Source of the DNA: Oscillospiraceae bacterium
Lineage (GTDB): Bacteria; Bacillota; Clostridia; Oscillospirales; UBA929
DNA length: 64,000 nt
NCBI GenBank assembly: GCA_031556035.1
Contig: JAVBTT010000021.1
Coordinates: forward strand, 1,196 to 65,195
Reading direction: 5' to 3'
This document shows positions 26,800 through 34,332 of this stretch, in pieces (position 1 is the first letter of the stretch; every line of letters starts with the position of its first letter). Under the pieces are notes generated by a model that was given only the letters and a program-made list of their open reading frames with translations, had not been told where the DNA came from and made no database searches. The translations under genes were made by a program, and so were the position numbers.

Positions 26800-26828
26800 A
26801 GTATAGACCGGTTAGCTAATCCGGTCAA
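26800..26828 (-). promoter_or_regulatory. sigma-A type promoter of the ABC-2 operon (TTGACC-17-TATACT) with a palindromic operator in the spacer
   Basis: Minus strand reads TTGACC (26828-26823), 17-nt spacer, TATACT (26805-26800). The spacer plus the -35 carry GACCGGATTAGCTAACCGGTC. Confidence 0.5.
26806..26826. promoter_or_regulatory. 21-bp near-perfect palindrome (candidate repressor operator)
   Basis: GACCGG-TTAGCTAAT-CCGGTC: 6-bp perfect outer arms, and the centre contains the self-complementary TTAGCTAA. Confidence 0.45.
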
Positions 26829-26930
26829 TTGTGCAATATCACAAAAATATAAAGCGCTTTTGCTTTTTCGCTTTTGTTTTTTGTAAAAATATGATAGCAT
26901 GAAAGGCACGGTCGGAGATATTAATGGATT

Positions 26931-26950
26931 AACAGGCGTAAACAGGCGTA
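26931..26950. repeat. exact tandem 10-mer AACAGGCGTA x2, containing the 12-mer ACAGGCGTAAAC also found at 31804-31815
   Basis: Read directly: ttAACAGGCGTAAACAGGCGTAaaatt. Lies 65-85 nt upstream of the DUF1538 gene start. Confidence 0.6.
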
Positions 26951-27016
26951 AAATTTGTATTCCTAACTTTTTTTATCTCGTCTGTCGGCGTGCAATAAAA
27001 CATATGCAGGGGTGTG

Positions 27017-28555
27017 ATGATGAATAAGAAGCTGAAGGAAAAAATCACAGAGGCATTCTCATCTGTACTGCCCATAACGCTGATAGTGCTGCTGCTCAGC
27101 GTATTCCTCTCCATGCCGATAGACACGATAGTGATGTTTCTGATGGGGGCGGCGCTGCTGATAATCGGCATGGGCTTTTTCTCGCTGGGGGCCGATATGT
27201 CCATGATGCCCATGGGTGAGGGTATCGGGGGGGAGTTTACAAAGAGCAAAAAAATCTGGCTGATCGCGGCCCTCAGTTTTTTATTGGGTTTTGTAATCAC
27301 GGTGGCTGAGCCGGATCTCCAGGTGCTGGCCGAGCAGGTGCCGTCCATAAGCAATATGGTGCTGATTGCGACTGTTGGTGTGGGCGTCGGCGTGTTCCTC
27401 GTGATCGCCGTGCTGAGAATTCTGTTTAAGGTCAGGCTTTCGCATCTGTTCCTGGGCTTCTACGCCCTCATTTTGATTGTTTCAATATTTACACCCAACA
27501 ATTTTGTTCCGGTGGCCTTTGACTCCGGCGGTGTTACCACCGGACCCATCACCGTACCGTTTATAATGGCGCTCGGCCTGGGCATTGCGTCCGTCAGAGG
27601 CGGAAAGGACTCTCATGACGACAGCTTTGGACTCGTTGCGCTGTGCTCAATCGGACCCATTCTGGCCGTCATGATCCTCGGGATGATTTACAACCCCCAG
27701 GAGGCGGGGTATACAAAAGTGCTGCTTCCGGAGGTGCACACCACGCGGGACGTCGTCAGGGAGTTCGCCGTCGCGCTGCCGGACTTTCTCAAAGAAGTTC
27801 TGGTGGCGTTGGTGCCGATCGTGATCTTTTTCATCGGTTCGCAGATAATAACGAGAAAATACAGGAGACGCCAGCTCGCCCGCATGTCAATGGGCTTCCT
27901 GTACACCCTTATTGGGCTGGTGCTGTTTTTAACCGGCGTCAACGTCGGTTTTATCCCGGTGGGAAACCTGATAGGCTCCGAGATAGCCGCATCGCAGTAT
28001 AAATGGCTGCTCCTCCCCATAGGTATGGTAGTCGGCTACTTTATCGTTGTAGCCGAGCCCGCCGTTCATGTTTTAAACAAGCAAGTCGAGGAGGTTACAG
28101 GCGGAACCATTTCAAAATCGGCGATGAACACCTCGCTTTCAATAGGAGTGGCGATCTCGCTCGCGCTTGCCATGATAAGGGTTCTGACGGGGATATCGAT
28201 ATACTGGATGCTGATCCCCGGCTACGCAATAGCTCTGGGGCTCACATTTGCCGTTCCCAGGATATTTACTGGCATAGCCTTTGATTCCGGCGGGGTGGTC
28301 AGCGGTCCCATGACCTCCACATTCCTGCTGCCCTTCGCCATAGGCGCGTGCGAAGCGTCCGGAGGAAACGTGCTGACCGACGCGTTCGGTATTGTGGCCA
28401 TGGTGGCAATGACTCCGCTTATAACCATTCAGATAATGGGACTTATCTACAAGCTCAAGCTCAAAAAGGCTGAGGAGGCGGAGATTGTTGAGACTGGGGA
28501 GCTTGAGGGCCCAGAAGAGATAATCGAGTATGAGGAGGATATTACGAATGACTAG
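27017..28555 (+). CDS. polytopic membrane protein with two DUF1538-like halves
   Basis: About 510 aa and very hydrophobic. An internal duplication is visible (FDSGGVTTGPITVPFIMALGLG in the first half, FDSGGVVSGPMTSTFLLPFAIG in the second). DUF1538 assignment is from memory. Start is one of GTG 27014, ATG 27017 or ATG 27020. Confidence 0.7.
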   Translation: MMNKKLKEKITEAFSSVLPITLIVLLLSVFLSMPIDTIVMFLMGAALLIIGMGFFSLGADMSMMPMGEGIGGEFTKSKKIWLIAALSFLLGFVITVAEPDLQVLAEQVPSISNMVLIATVGVGVGVFLVIAVLRILFKVRLSHLFLGFYALILIVSIFTPNNFVPVAFDSGGVTTGPITVPFIMALGLGIASVRGGKDSHDDSFGLVALCSIGPILAVMILGMIYNPQEAGYTKVLLPEVHTTRDVVREFAVALPDFLKEVLVALVPIVIFFIGSQIITRKYRRRQLARMSMGFLYTLIGLVLFLTGVNVGFIPVGNLIGSEIAASQYKWLLLPIGMVVGYFIVVAEPAVHVLNKQVEEVTGGTISKSAMNTSLSIGVAISLALAMIRVLTGISIYWMLIPGYAIALGLTFAVPRIFTGIAFDSGGVVSGPMTSTFLLPFAIGACEASGGNVLTDAFGIVAMVAMTPLITIQIMGLIYKLKLKKAEEAEIVETGELEGPEEIIEYEEDITND

Positions 28556-29252
28556 CCACGCAAGGCAGATGATAAAGCTGCTGGCTGTTATCGTTGACAG
28601 AGATAAAGTAAAGCAGGCTGCGGGCGTATTTCGGGCTATGCATGTCCATTTCACCCTTTCCCTTTTGGCGAGGGGTACCGCGAATTCCGAGGTCATGGAT
28701 TTTCTGGGGCTTGGCTCCGTAGACAAGGCCGTGCTCATATCGCTTGAACCGGATTTCAAGGCCAAACACATGATAGAGGTGCTGCACGACGTTCTGGAGC
28801 TTAAAAATCCCGGCAAGGGGATAGCGTTTACCCTGCCGCTGTCCGGGGTTTGCGCCCCGATGCCGCACCTGATGGACGACGAGGACCGCGAGAGGATACA
28901 AAACGAGGTGGAAAGACAAGTGGAAAATATACGCCATGAAATAAAGCACGATTTGATTGTCGCCGTCGTCAACGAAGGATACTCGGACGACGTGATGGAC
29001 GCCGCAAAGTCCGCCGGAGCCACCGGGGGTACAATGCTTCTGGCCAGACGCGTCGGTGTTGAGGACGCCGTGAAGTTTTTCGGCGTTGAGCTCCAGGCCG
29101 AGAAAGAGATAATTGCGATGCTTGTGTCAAGGGACGTGAAACGTGAAATTATGCAGAAGGTGAATAACGTCTGCGGTATGAGAACCGAGGCCAGAGGCAT
29201 GATTTTTTCGTTGCCGGTCGACACAATAGTCGGTCTCAGCGAGGAAGGGTGA
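28548..29252 (+). CDS. tandem P-II-like (GlnB-fold) signal-transduction protein
   Basis: Two ~110-aa halves, each with a beta-alpha-beta x2 pattern (IKLLAVIVDRDKVKQAAGVF...; DLIVAVVNEGYSDDVMDAAKSAGATGGTMLLARRVG...EKEIIAMLVSRD...GMIFSLPVD). ATG overlaps the upstream stop by 8 nt (ATGACTAG). Confidence 0.6.
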   Translation: MTSHARQMIKLLAVIVDRDKVKQAAGVFRAMHVHFTLSLLARGTANSEVMDFLGLGSVDKAVLISLEPDFKAKHMIEVLHDVLELKNPGKGIAFTLPLSGVCAPMPHLMDDEDRERIQNEVERQVENIRHEIKHDLIVAVVNEGYSDDVMDAAKSAGATGGTMLLARRVGVEDAVKFFGVELQAEKEIIAMLVSRDVKREIMQKVNNVCGMRTEARGMIFSLPVDTIVGLSEEG

Positions 29253-29388
29253 GTCAGACCTGTTTTCCACTCTGCTTCGGCAAATTTCCTTGCCATAAAC
29301 CAATTATGCCTGCGAAAATTTGTCTTGCAGAACGAAAAAATATCTCGCTCTTGTGCATATGGCTAATTATCGAACACACCCTAGTATC

Positions 29389-29431
29389 AAACAAGCGGCC
29401 CCGTATACACAGCATACGGGGCCGCTTGTTT
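29389..29431. terminator. bidirectional intrinsic terminator between convergent P-II-like and SPFH genes
   Basis: 18-bp stem AAACAAGCGGCCCCGTAT / ATACGGGGCCGCTTGTTT with a 7-nt loop. T-rich on the plus side (TTTGTATGGTTT). Confidence 0.75.
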
Positions 29432-29442
29432 GTATGGTTTGC

Positions 29443-30336
29443 TTACTTAACCTCTGTGAGCGTTTCCTTGATGCCGGAGGCGAGGCCGGCAAGCGACTGT
29501 ATCTCGGAGGGGATGATGATCTTCGTAGCTTTGCCATCCGCCGCCTTGGCGAAGGCCTCAAGCGCTTTGATTTTCAGAACGGATTCGGCGGCGTCCGCTT
29601 GATTCAGAAGCTTGATCGAGTCGGCAAGAGCCTGCTGCACCTTCATTATAGCCTGCGCCTCGCCCTCGGACTCGAGTATCTTCGTCTGCTTGACCGCGTC
29701 CGCGCGGAGTATCGCGGCCTGCTTTTCACCTTCAGCGACAAGGATCTGGGAGGCTTTTTCTCCCTCGGCCTTCAGAATCGCCTGGCGGCGCTCGCGCTCG
29801 GCCTTCATCTGCTTCTCCATGGCGTCCTGAATCTCACGGGGCGGTATGATGCTCTTGAGTTCGACGCGGTTAACCTTGATCCCCCACGGGTCGGTCGCCT
29901 CGTCCAGAATGGTGCGCATCTGGCTGTTGATGACGTCGCGGGAGGTGAGCGTCTGGTCTAGCTCCAGATCGCCGACAATGTTACGCAGGGTGGTGGCGGT
30001 GAGGTTTTCGATGGCGTCCATCGGATGCTCAACGCCGTAGGTATACAGTTTGGAATCGGTGATTTGGAAATATATGACCGTGTCAATCTGCATAGTGACG
30101 TTGTCCTTGGTGATGACGGGCTGCGGCGGGAAGTCCACGACCTGCTCCTTGAGGCTCACCACCTTGGATACCCTTTCAATAAAGGGTATCTTCAGGTGAA
30201 GGCCAGTGTCCCAGGTTGTGCTGTAGACGCCCAGCCGCTCGATAACATAGGCGCGGGCCTGCTTGACGACTTTGATGTTGGAAGCGATCAGGATAATGAC
30301 TACAAGCGCTACTATTCCCCAGATTATGTACGGCAT
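29443..30336 (-). CDS. SPFH/band 7 (stomatin/slipin-like) protein
   Basis: N-terminal TM, SPFH core (VKQARAYVIERLGVYSTTW...VDFPPQPVITKDNVTMQIDTVIYFQI), Ala/Glu-rich coiled-coil C-terminus. Preceded by nfeD. Confidence 0.9.
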   Translation of the reverse strand: MPYIIWGIVALVVIILIASNIKVVKQARAYVIERLGVYSTTWDTGLHLKIPFIERVSKVVSLKEQVVDFPPQPVITKDNVTMQIDTVIYFQITDSKLYTYGVEHPMDAIENLTATTLRNIVGDLELDQTLTSRDVINSQMRTILDEATDPWGIKVNRVELKSIIPPREIQDAMEKQMKAERERRQAILKAEGEKASQILVAEGEKQAAILRADAVKQTKILESEGEAQAIMKVQQALADSIKLLNQADAAESVLKIKALEAFAKAADGKATKIIIPSEIQSLAGLASGIKETLTEVK

Positions 30337-30349
30337 TGACTCAACCTCC

Positions 30350-30808
30350 CTATACTTTAGCGGCGGGACGTTCCGCCGGTTCGACTATGAGCTTAACTCC
30401 CTCAATGCGGAGCACCTTAACGTGCGCACCCTCCGGAATGGCTACGCTGTCCGAGCTGCTGCGCGCTGTCCAGGTCTTTCCGTAGACATAAACAGCGCCG
30501 GTGGCGTCCTCGTTGGAGATGGGTTCGATGACCTTGCCTGTCTTGCCGATGTTGATGTCCGCGTTGGTGCCGACCTTTCTGGCCTTGAGCATGCGCTGGG
30601 CGAAGGGCCTGAGCCCGGCGAGAGTGGCGCCGGACAGCAGCAGGAACACCGTGACCTGCGCCCAGTAGAGCTCGGGCGCGATACAGGCCGCGATAAGCGC
30701 CCCGAGAGACCCGGCGGCAAACCATATGGAGTACAACCCCATGGTGAGACCCTCTATAATCAGAAAGGCCACGAACGCGATTAGCCAGACTATCTGCATT
30801 AGTTCCAT
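30350..30808 (-). CDS. NfeD family protein (short form: membrane anchor + OB-fold, no protease domain)
   Basis: MELMQIVWLIAFVAFLIIEGLT..., C-terminal OB-like GKVIEPISNEDATGAVYVYGKTWTARS. Classical nfeD-SPFH pair. Start set at ATG 30808; the track start is an Arg-rich extension. Confidence 0.8.
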   Translation of the reverse strand: MELMQIVWLIAFVAFLIIEGLTMGLYSIWFAAGSLGALIAACIAPELYWAQVTVFLLLSGATLAGLRPFAQRMLKARKVGTNADINIGKTGKVIEPISNEDATGAVYVYGKTWTARSSSDSVAIPEGAHVKVLRIEGVKLIVEPAERPAAKV

Positions 30809-30960
30809 TGTAGATCGCCCTTTCCGCCGCCGCCGTCGCGGCACAAGCCATATACCGCCCCCCGGCCGGATTGGGACGGCTCTTACAATAATACTATAAC
30901 ACATTTGTTGAAAAAAGAAAAGGGCTTTGGGTAAATTATTTTTACGTTTGTTATTGAATA

Positions 30961-31719
30961 CTATTTACTATTGTTTTCCTGATCCTCTGCGCAGCCTGTC
31001 TGCCGCCGCCGCTCGTCAATCATGGAGTGGAGCGCGTCCAGCGCGTCGGACAGCCCTCCGACCCGGTCGATCAGCCCGAGCCCGACCGCCTCCTCGCCAT
31101 ATATGACACTGCCGACGTCCCCGGCGAGCTCACCGGTGCGCAGCATCAGCTCCTTGAATTTATCCTCGCTGACCCGGCTGTTGCTGACGACGAATCTGAC
31201 TATGCGCTCCTGGATTTTCTCGAAATATGCGAAGGTCTGGGGCACGCCAATGACGACCCCGTTGAGCCTGACCGGGTGTATGGTCATAGCCGCCGACGGC
31301 GCAATCATGGAAACCTTGGCTGAGACGCCCAGAGGGACGCCGATCGAATGCCCGCCGCCCAGCACGAGTGATACGGTTGGCTTGCGCATACCGCAGATCA
31401 GTTCGGCAATGGCGAGTCCGGCCTCAATGTCTCCGCCGACCGTGTTTATCAGTATCAGCAGACCGTCGATGTCCTCGGCCTCCTCTATGGCGGCCAGCTG
31501 CGGGCACACATGCTCGTACTTGGTGGTCTTGTTGTTAGAGGGCAGAAGCTGGTGGCCCTCAATCTGCCCGACGATGGTTAAACAGTGAATGGAATATTTC
31601 TTACTGCGGGCTGTTGTAGAGCCCATCTGCACTATCTCGTTGAGACGCTCGCGGTTTTCCCCTGCCTCGCCGTCCAGCCTGTCCTCCTGGTTGAGATGAT
31701 CTTCTCTGTCGATATCCAT
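30961..31719 (-). CDS. tepA: ClpP/crotonase-fold S14-family protein, TepA-like
   Basis: IHCLTIVGQIEGH...LILINTVGGDIEAGLAIAELI...VLGGGHSIGVPL resembles B. subtilis TepA / ClpP-family proteins. SD AAGGAGAAG. Confidence 0.75.
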   Translation of the reverse strand: MDIDREDHLNQEDRLDGEAGENRERLNEIVQMGSTTARSKKYSIHCLTIVGQIEGHQLLPSNNKTTKYEHVCPQLAAIEEAEDIDGLLILINTVGGDIEAGLAIAELICGMRKPTVSLVLGGGHSIGVPLGVSAKVSMIAPSAAMTIHPVRLNGVVIGVPQTFAYFEKIQERIVRFVVSNSRVSEDKFKELMLRTGELAGDVGSVIYGEEAVGLGLIDRVGGLSDALDALHSMIDERRRQTGCAEDQENNSK

Positions 31720-31799
31720 AGAACTTCTCCTTTGAAAATATATTACGCAGTATGCCCGGTTATCCCTGAGTAAATCCGGGGGATATAAGACTTAAATTG

Positions 31800-31815
31800 G
31801 TTTACAGGCGTAAAC
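31800..31815. promoter_or_regulatory. perfect inverted repeat GTTTAC-AGGC-GTAAAC (candidate operator) between divergent tepA and DUF4349 genes
   Basis: Read directly. Contains the 12-mer ACAGGCGTAAAC (31804-31815), identical to 26932-26943. Confidence 0.35.
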
Positions 31816-31925
31816 TGCTTTGGCGCTCAGTAGTGTTTGAAATAATTTAATATTTTTGTAATATATTTTATTTACCCGAGGTTTATATAAGCAGAAGGAG
31901 TATTAAAAACATATTGGAGTGAGGA

Positions 31926-32921
31926 ATGATGAAACTCAGACTTCTTGGATTGCTGTGCCTGATTTTGGCGCTTCTGTCGTTTGCCGCATGCTCCGCGAAA
32001 AATAATACGCCGGCGTCTGCTCCTTCGCCTATGCCGTCCGCCGCTCCCTATGAGTATGGCGAATCGGACGGCAAATACCTTGATTTGGAGAGATCAGGCG
32101 TCAGGGAGGAGGCGCAAGCGGTCGACATGGAGCCTGACCCGCTGCGTAAAATAATATGGACAGGAGAAGCGGTTGTCGAAACCCAGGATTATGAAAGCGA
32201 TTATGAGGAGTTTCAGCTTTTGATATCCGAGTGCGGTGGATATATTCAGTCCTCGTCGGTGACCGGGGGAGGCATCCTGCGTTCCGGGGAGCGCAGGATG
32301 CGCAGCGCCAGGCTGACGGTCAGGGTGCCGTCTGAAAACTTCAGCCTGTTTATGGGGGGCGCGGGGCGGATCGGGACGCTCATATCCTCAGGCACCGACT
32401 CAAGCGATGTGACCGACGATTATTTCGACATGGAATCGCGGCTCAAGGTGCTCCGCGTAAAGGAGCAGCGGCTTATTGAGATGATCTCGAGGGAGGGGAC
32501 GCTTGAGGATCTGCTGAAGCTGGAACAAGAGCTGTCGGAGACGCTGTACGAAATTGAATCCCTGACAGGCAAGCTCAGAAAATACGACGGCCTTATAAGC
32601 TATGGCACGGTTACGCTGTACCTCAACGAGGTGAGCTCGGAAAGCACCGTGCCCGCCGATACGGGAGTAATGACCAGACTGTCGTACAGCTTTGACAAAA
32701 GCCTGTTGGGCTTGGTATCGTTTTTAACCTCGTTGTTTGTCTTCATTGTTGGAAATTCCCCTGCAATAGTTTTTGTACTGCTGCTGGCGTTTGGAGCGTT
32801 TATGACTGTCAGGGCGCTCCGCCGCAGGAGGCTAAGGAAAAATATGCTTATAGAGGATATAACGGAAAAAAATGTCGACCCGGAGGGAGCGAAGGCTCCG
32901 CCGCCGGATCGTGAGGAATAA
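31926..32921 (+). CDS. DUF4349-like lipoprotein with C-terminal TM anchor
   Basis: Lipobox LLSFAAC, central coiled-coil region (YFDMESRLKVLRVKEQRLIEMI...LEQELSETLYEIESLTGKL), C-terminal TM. Family assignment is from memory. Confidence 0.6.
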   Translation: MMKLRLLGLLCLILALLSFAACSAKNNTPASAPSPMPSAAPYEYGESDGKYLDLERSGVREEAQAVDMEPDPLRKIIWTGEAVVETQDYESDYEEFQLLISECGGYIQSSSVTGGGILRSGERRMRSARLTVRVPSENFSLFMGGAGRIGTLISSGTDSSDVTDDYFDMESRLKVLRVKEQRLIEMISREGTLEDLLKLEQELSETLYEIESLTGKLRKYDGLISYGTVTLYLNEVSSESTVPADTGVMTRLSYSFDKSLLGLVSFLTSLFVFIVGNSPAIVFVLLLAFGAFMTVRALRRRRLRKNMLIEDITEKNVDPEGAKAPPPDREE

Positions 32922-32930
32922 ACGCAAAAG

Positions 32931-32953
32931 GGCCGGCGGACTATCCGCCGGCC
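32931..32953. terminator. bidirectional terminator between convergent DUF4349 and NlpC/P60 genes
   Basis: GGCCGGCGG-ACTAT-CCGCCGGCC perfect 9-bp stem. The minus-strand side is followed by CTTTTGCGTTT. Confidence 0.75.
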
Positions 32954-32971
32954 GATAATATTGTTCATTTT

Positions 32972-33934
32972 TTATGATACAATCCTGCGGGCTCCCACAT
33001 AAACCTTCGTATAATACTTATCGCTGAGGTCGGATATCTTGACCATGCGCGAGGAGGAGCCGGAGGAGGCGTGTATGAACTGGCCCGAGCCTATGTACAT
33101 CCCCACGTGACTGGCGGCGGCCTTGCTGATTGAGGTGTCGCGGAAGAAAACCAGATCGCCCGCCACAAGCTCGCTTTTATCTATCTTGGTGCCGTTGCCG
33201 AGCTGCCCGGCGGCGCTTCGGTTGAGGGAGTATCCAAAATTCTTATATACGTATGAAGTGAGCCCGGAGCAGTCGAATGTCTTGCCGTTCATGCTGCCGT
33301 ACACGTACTTGCAGCCGAGGAATGTCTTGGCGTAGTCAACCAGCTGCTGACGAAGGGTCTGCACGTCTGAGGAAGCGACTTCCACGGAGGCTGCGACGAC
33401 AGTCTCGCCGGAATCCTGCTCAATCACGATGTCTATGAATTCGGTGTTTATGTACCCGGTGGTTTCTTCATATATTGCCTTGTACCAGTCTCCGCTGACA
33501 CTCAGCACTTCTATACAAGTCCCTTTTTGCAGATCAGTTATTATATTGTCGCTTGAGGAGGCGTCCGGGGAGGTTCTGAAACGAACGTTGCTGCCGGTCA
33601 CCTTGCCCCCGACTGACGAATCCTCATCCTCTTTGGTGGCTTCTATGTATTGAGCCGACATATAGCCTGTATTGCCGTCATATGTGACGCTAAACCATTC
33701 TCCGTCTTTATTTTTAACCGACGCGCCCATTATGAGGACAACATCGCCCGTATTAGCCTTGTTAAGTATTTTGGCGGACAGCGAGGCCTCGGCTCTGAGT
33801 CTGAGGTTGTTTGTCTTTACAACACCTGTTTTTAACGCGGTCTCTTCCGGTGAGGCGGACGCCATCAACGGGATGGTGATCACTATGGCGAGCAGTATTG
33901 CGCACATGCGCCTGAGAATGGGGAATCTGTGCAT
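32972..33934 (-). CDS. secreted SH3b-domain + NlpC/P60 (C40) cell-wall peptidase
   Basis: Signal peptide, two SH3b-like repeats (LRLRAEASLSAKIL..., VRFRTSPDASS...), C-terminal catalytic region KTFDCSGLTSYVY...ASHVGMYIG. Start set at ATG 33934, 9 nt after GGAGGA. Confidence 0.85.
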   Translation of the reverse strand: MHRFPILRRMCAILLAIVITIPLMASASPEETALKTGVVKTNNLRLRAEASLSAKILNKANTGDVVLIMGASVKNKDGEWFSVTYDGNTGYMSAQYIEATKEDEDSSVGGKVTGSNVRFRTSPDASSSDNIITDLQKGTCIEVLSVSGDWYKAIYEETTGYINTEFIDIVIEQDSGETVVAASVEVASSDVQTLRQQLVDYAKTFLGCKYVYGSMNGKTFDCSGLTSYVYKNFGYSLNRSAAGQLGNGTKIDKSELVAGDLVFFRDTSISKAAASHVGMYIGSGQFIHASSGSSSRMVKISDLSDKYYTKVYVGARRIVS

Positions 33935-33968
33935 AAGAAATGTCCTCCGGTTAGTTAAAATTCTGACG

Positions 33969-34268
33969 TCACTTCGAGGCCAATGCCCGTTCAAGCCATA
34001 CGGCGGCGATGTCCATTGCCGCGTAAAGCCCGTCTTTTTCGCTTTTCTTGACAATCCTGTCCCTGCTCTTCAGATCAGGGTCGGTGAGCTGGAGCTGCAC
34101 CGATACGCGGTTGGCGACATCCATGTCTCCAACCTTTGTTGAGTCAAGAATCTGAAGCATGATGATGTATTTTTCCGACATGCTTCCATAGTAGATAAGG
34201 CTGTCCTTGCGCATGAGCGGCCTGCCCTTGTACTGAAGAATCTCGTTTTTCTTTTTTGTTACACTCAT
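33969..34268 (-). CDS. hypothetical 99-aa protein
   Basis: Good SD (GAGGTG + 5 nt), protein-like composition, 34 nt upstream of the NlpC/P60 gene. No family recognised. Confidence 0.5.
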   Translation of the reverse strand: MSVTKKKNEILQYKGRPLMRKDSLIYYGSMSEKYIIMLQILDSTKVGDMDVANRVSVQLQLTDPDLKSRDRIVKKSEKDGLYAAMDIAAVWLERALASK

Positions 34269-34332
34269 GTAAACACCTCGAAGAATCAGTTACCCTTTTG
34301 TAACCGAATTGTAACACATATTACCCCAGTTG

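Noticed and set aside
26745-26909. N-terminal extensions of track ORFs (ABC ATPase 26745-26909; also 30809-30904 nfeD, 33935-34054 NlpC/P60, 23434-23550 Toprim protein, 59140-59229 tlyA, 46270-46338 leuA, 55570-55638 PAP2)
   Set aside because: The extensions run through intergenic or upstream-gene sequence and are not protein-like. An internal ATG with proper SD spacing coincides with the start of the conserved domain.
26931-26990. Reading GTAAAC as an ECF-sigma -35 (GAAAC-like) with a downstream CGTC -10
   Set aside because: The nearest CGTC (about 26981) is roughly 28 nt from the motif instead of 16-17 nt, and the second site (31810-31815) has no CGT element at the right distance.
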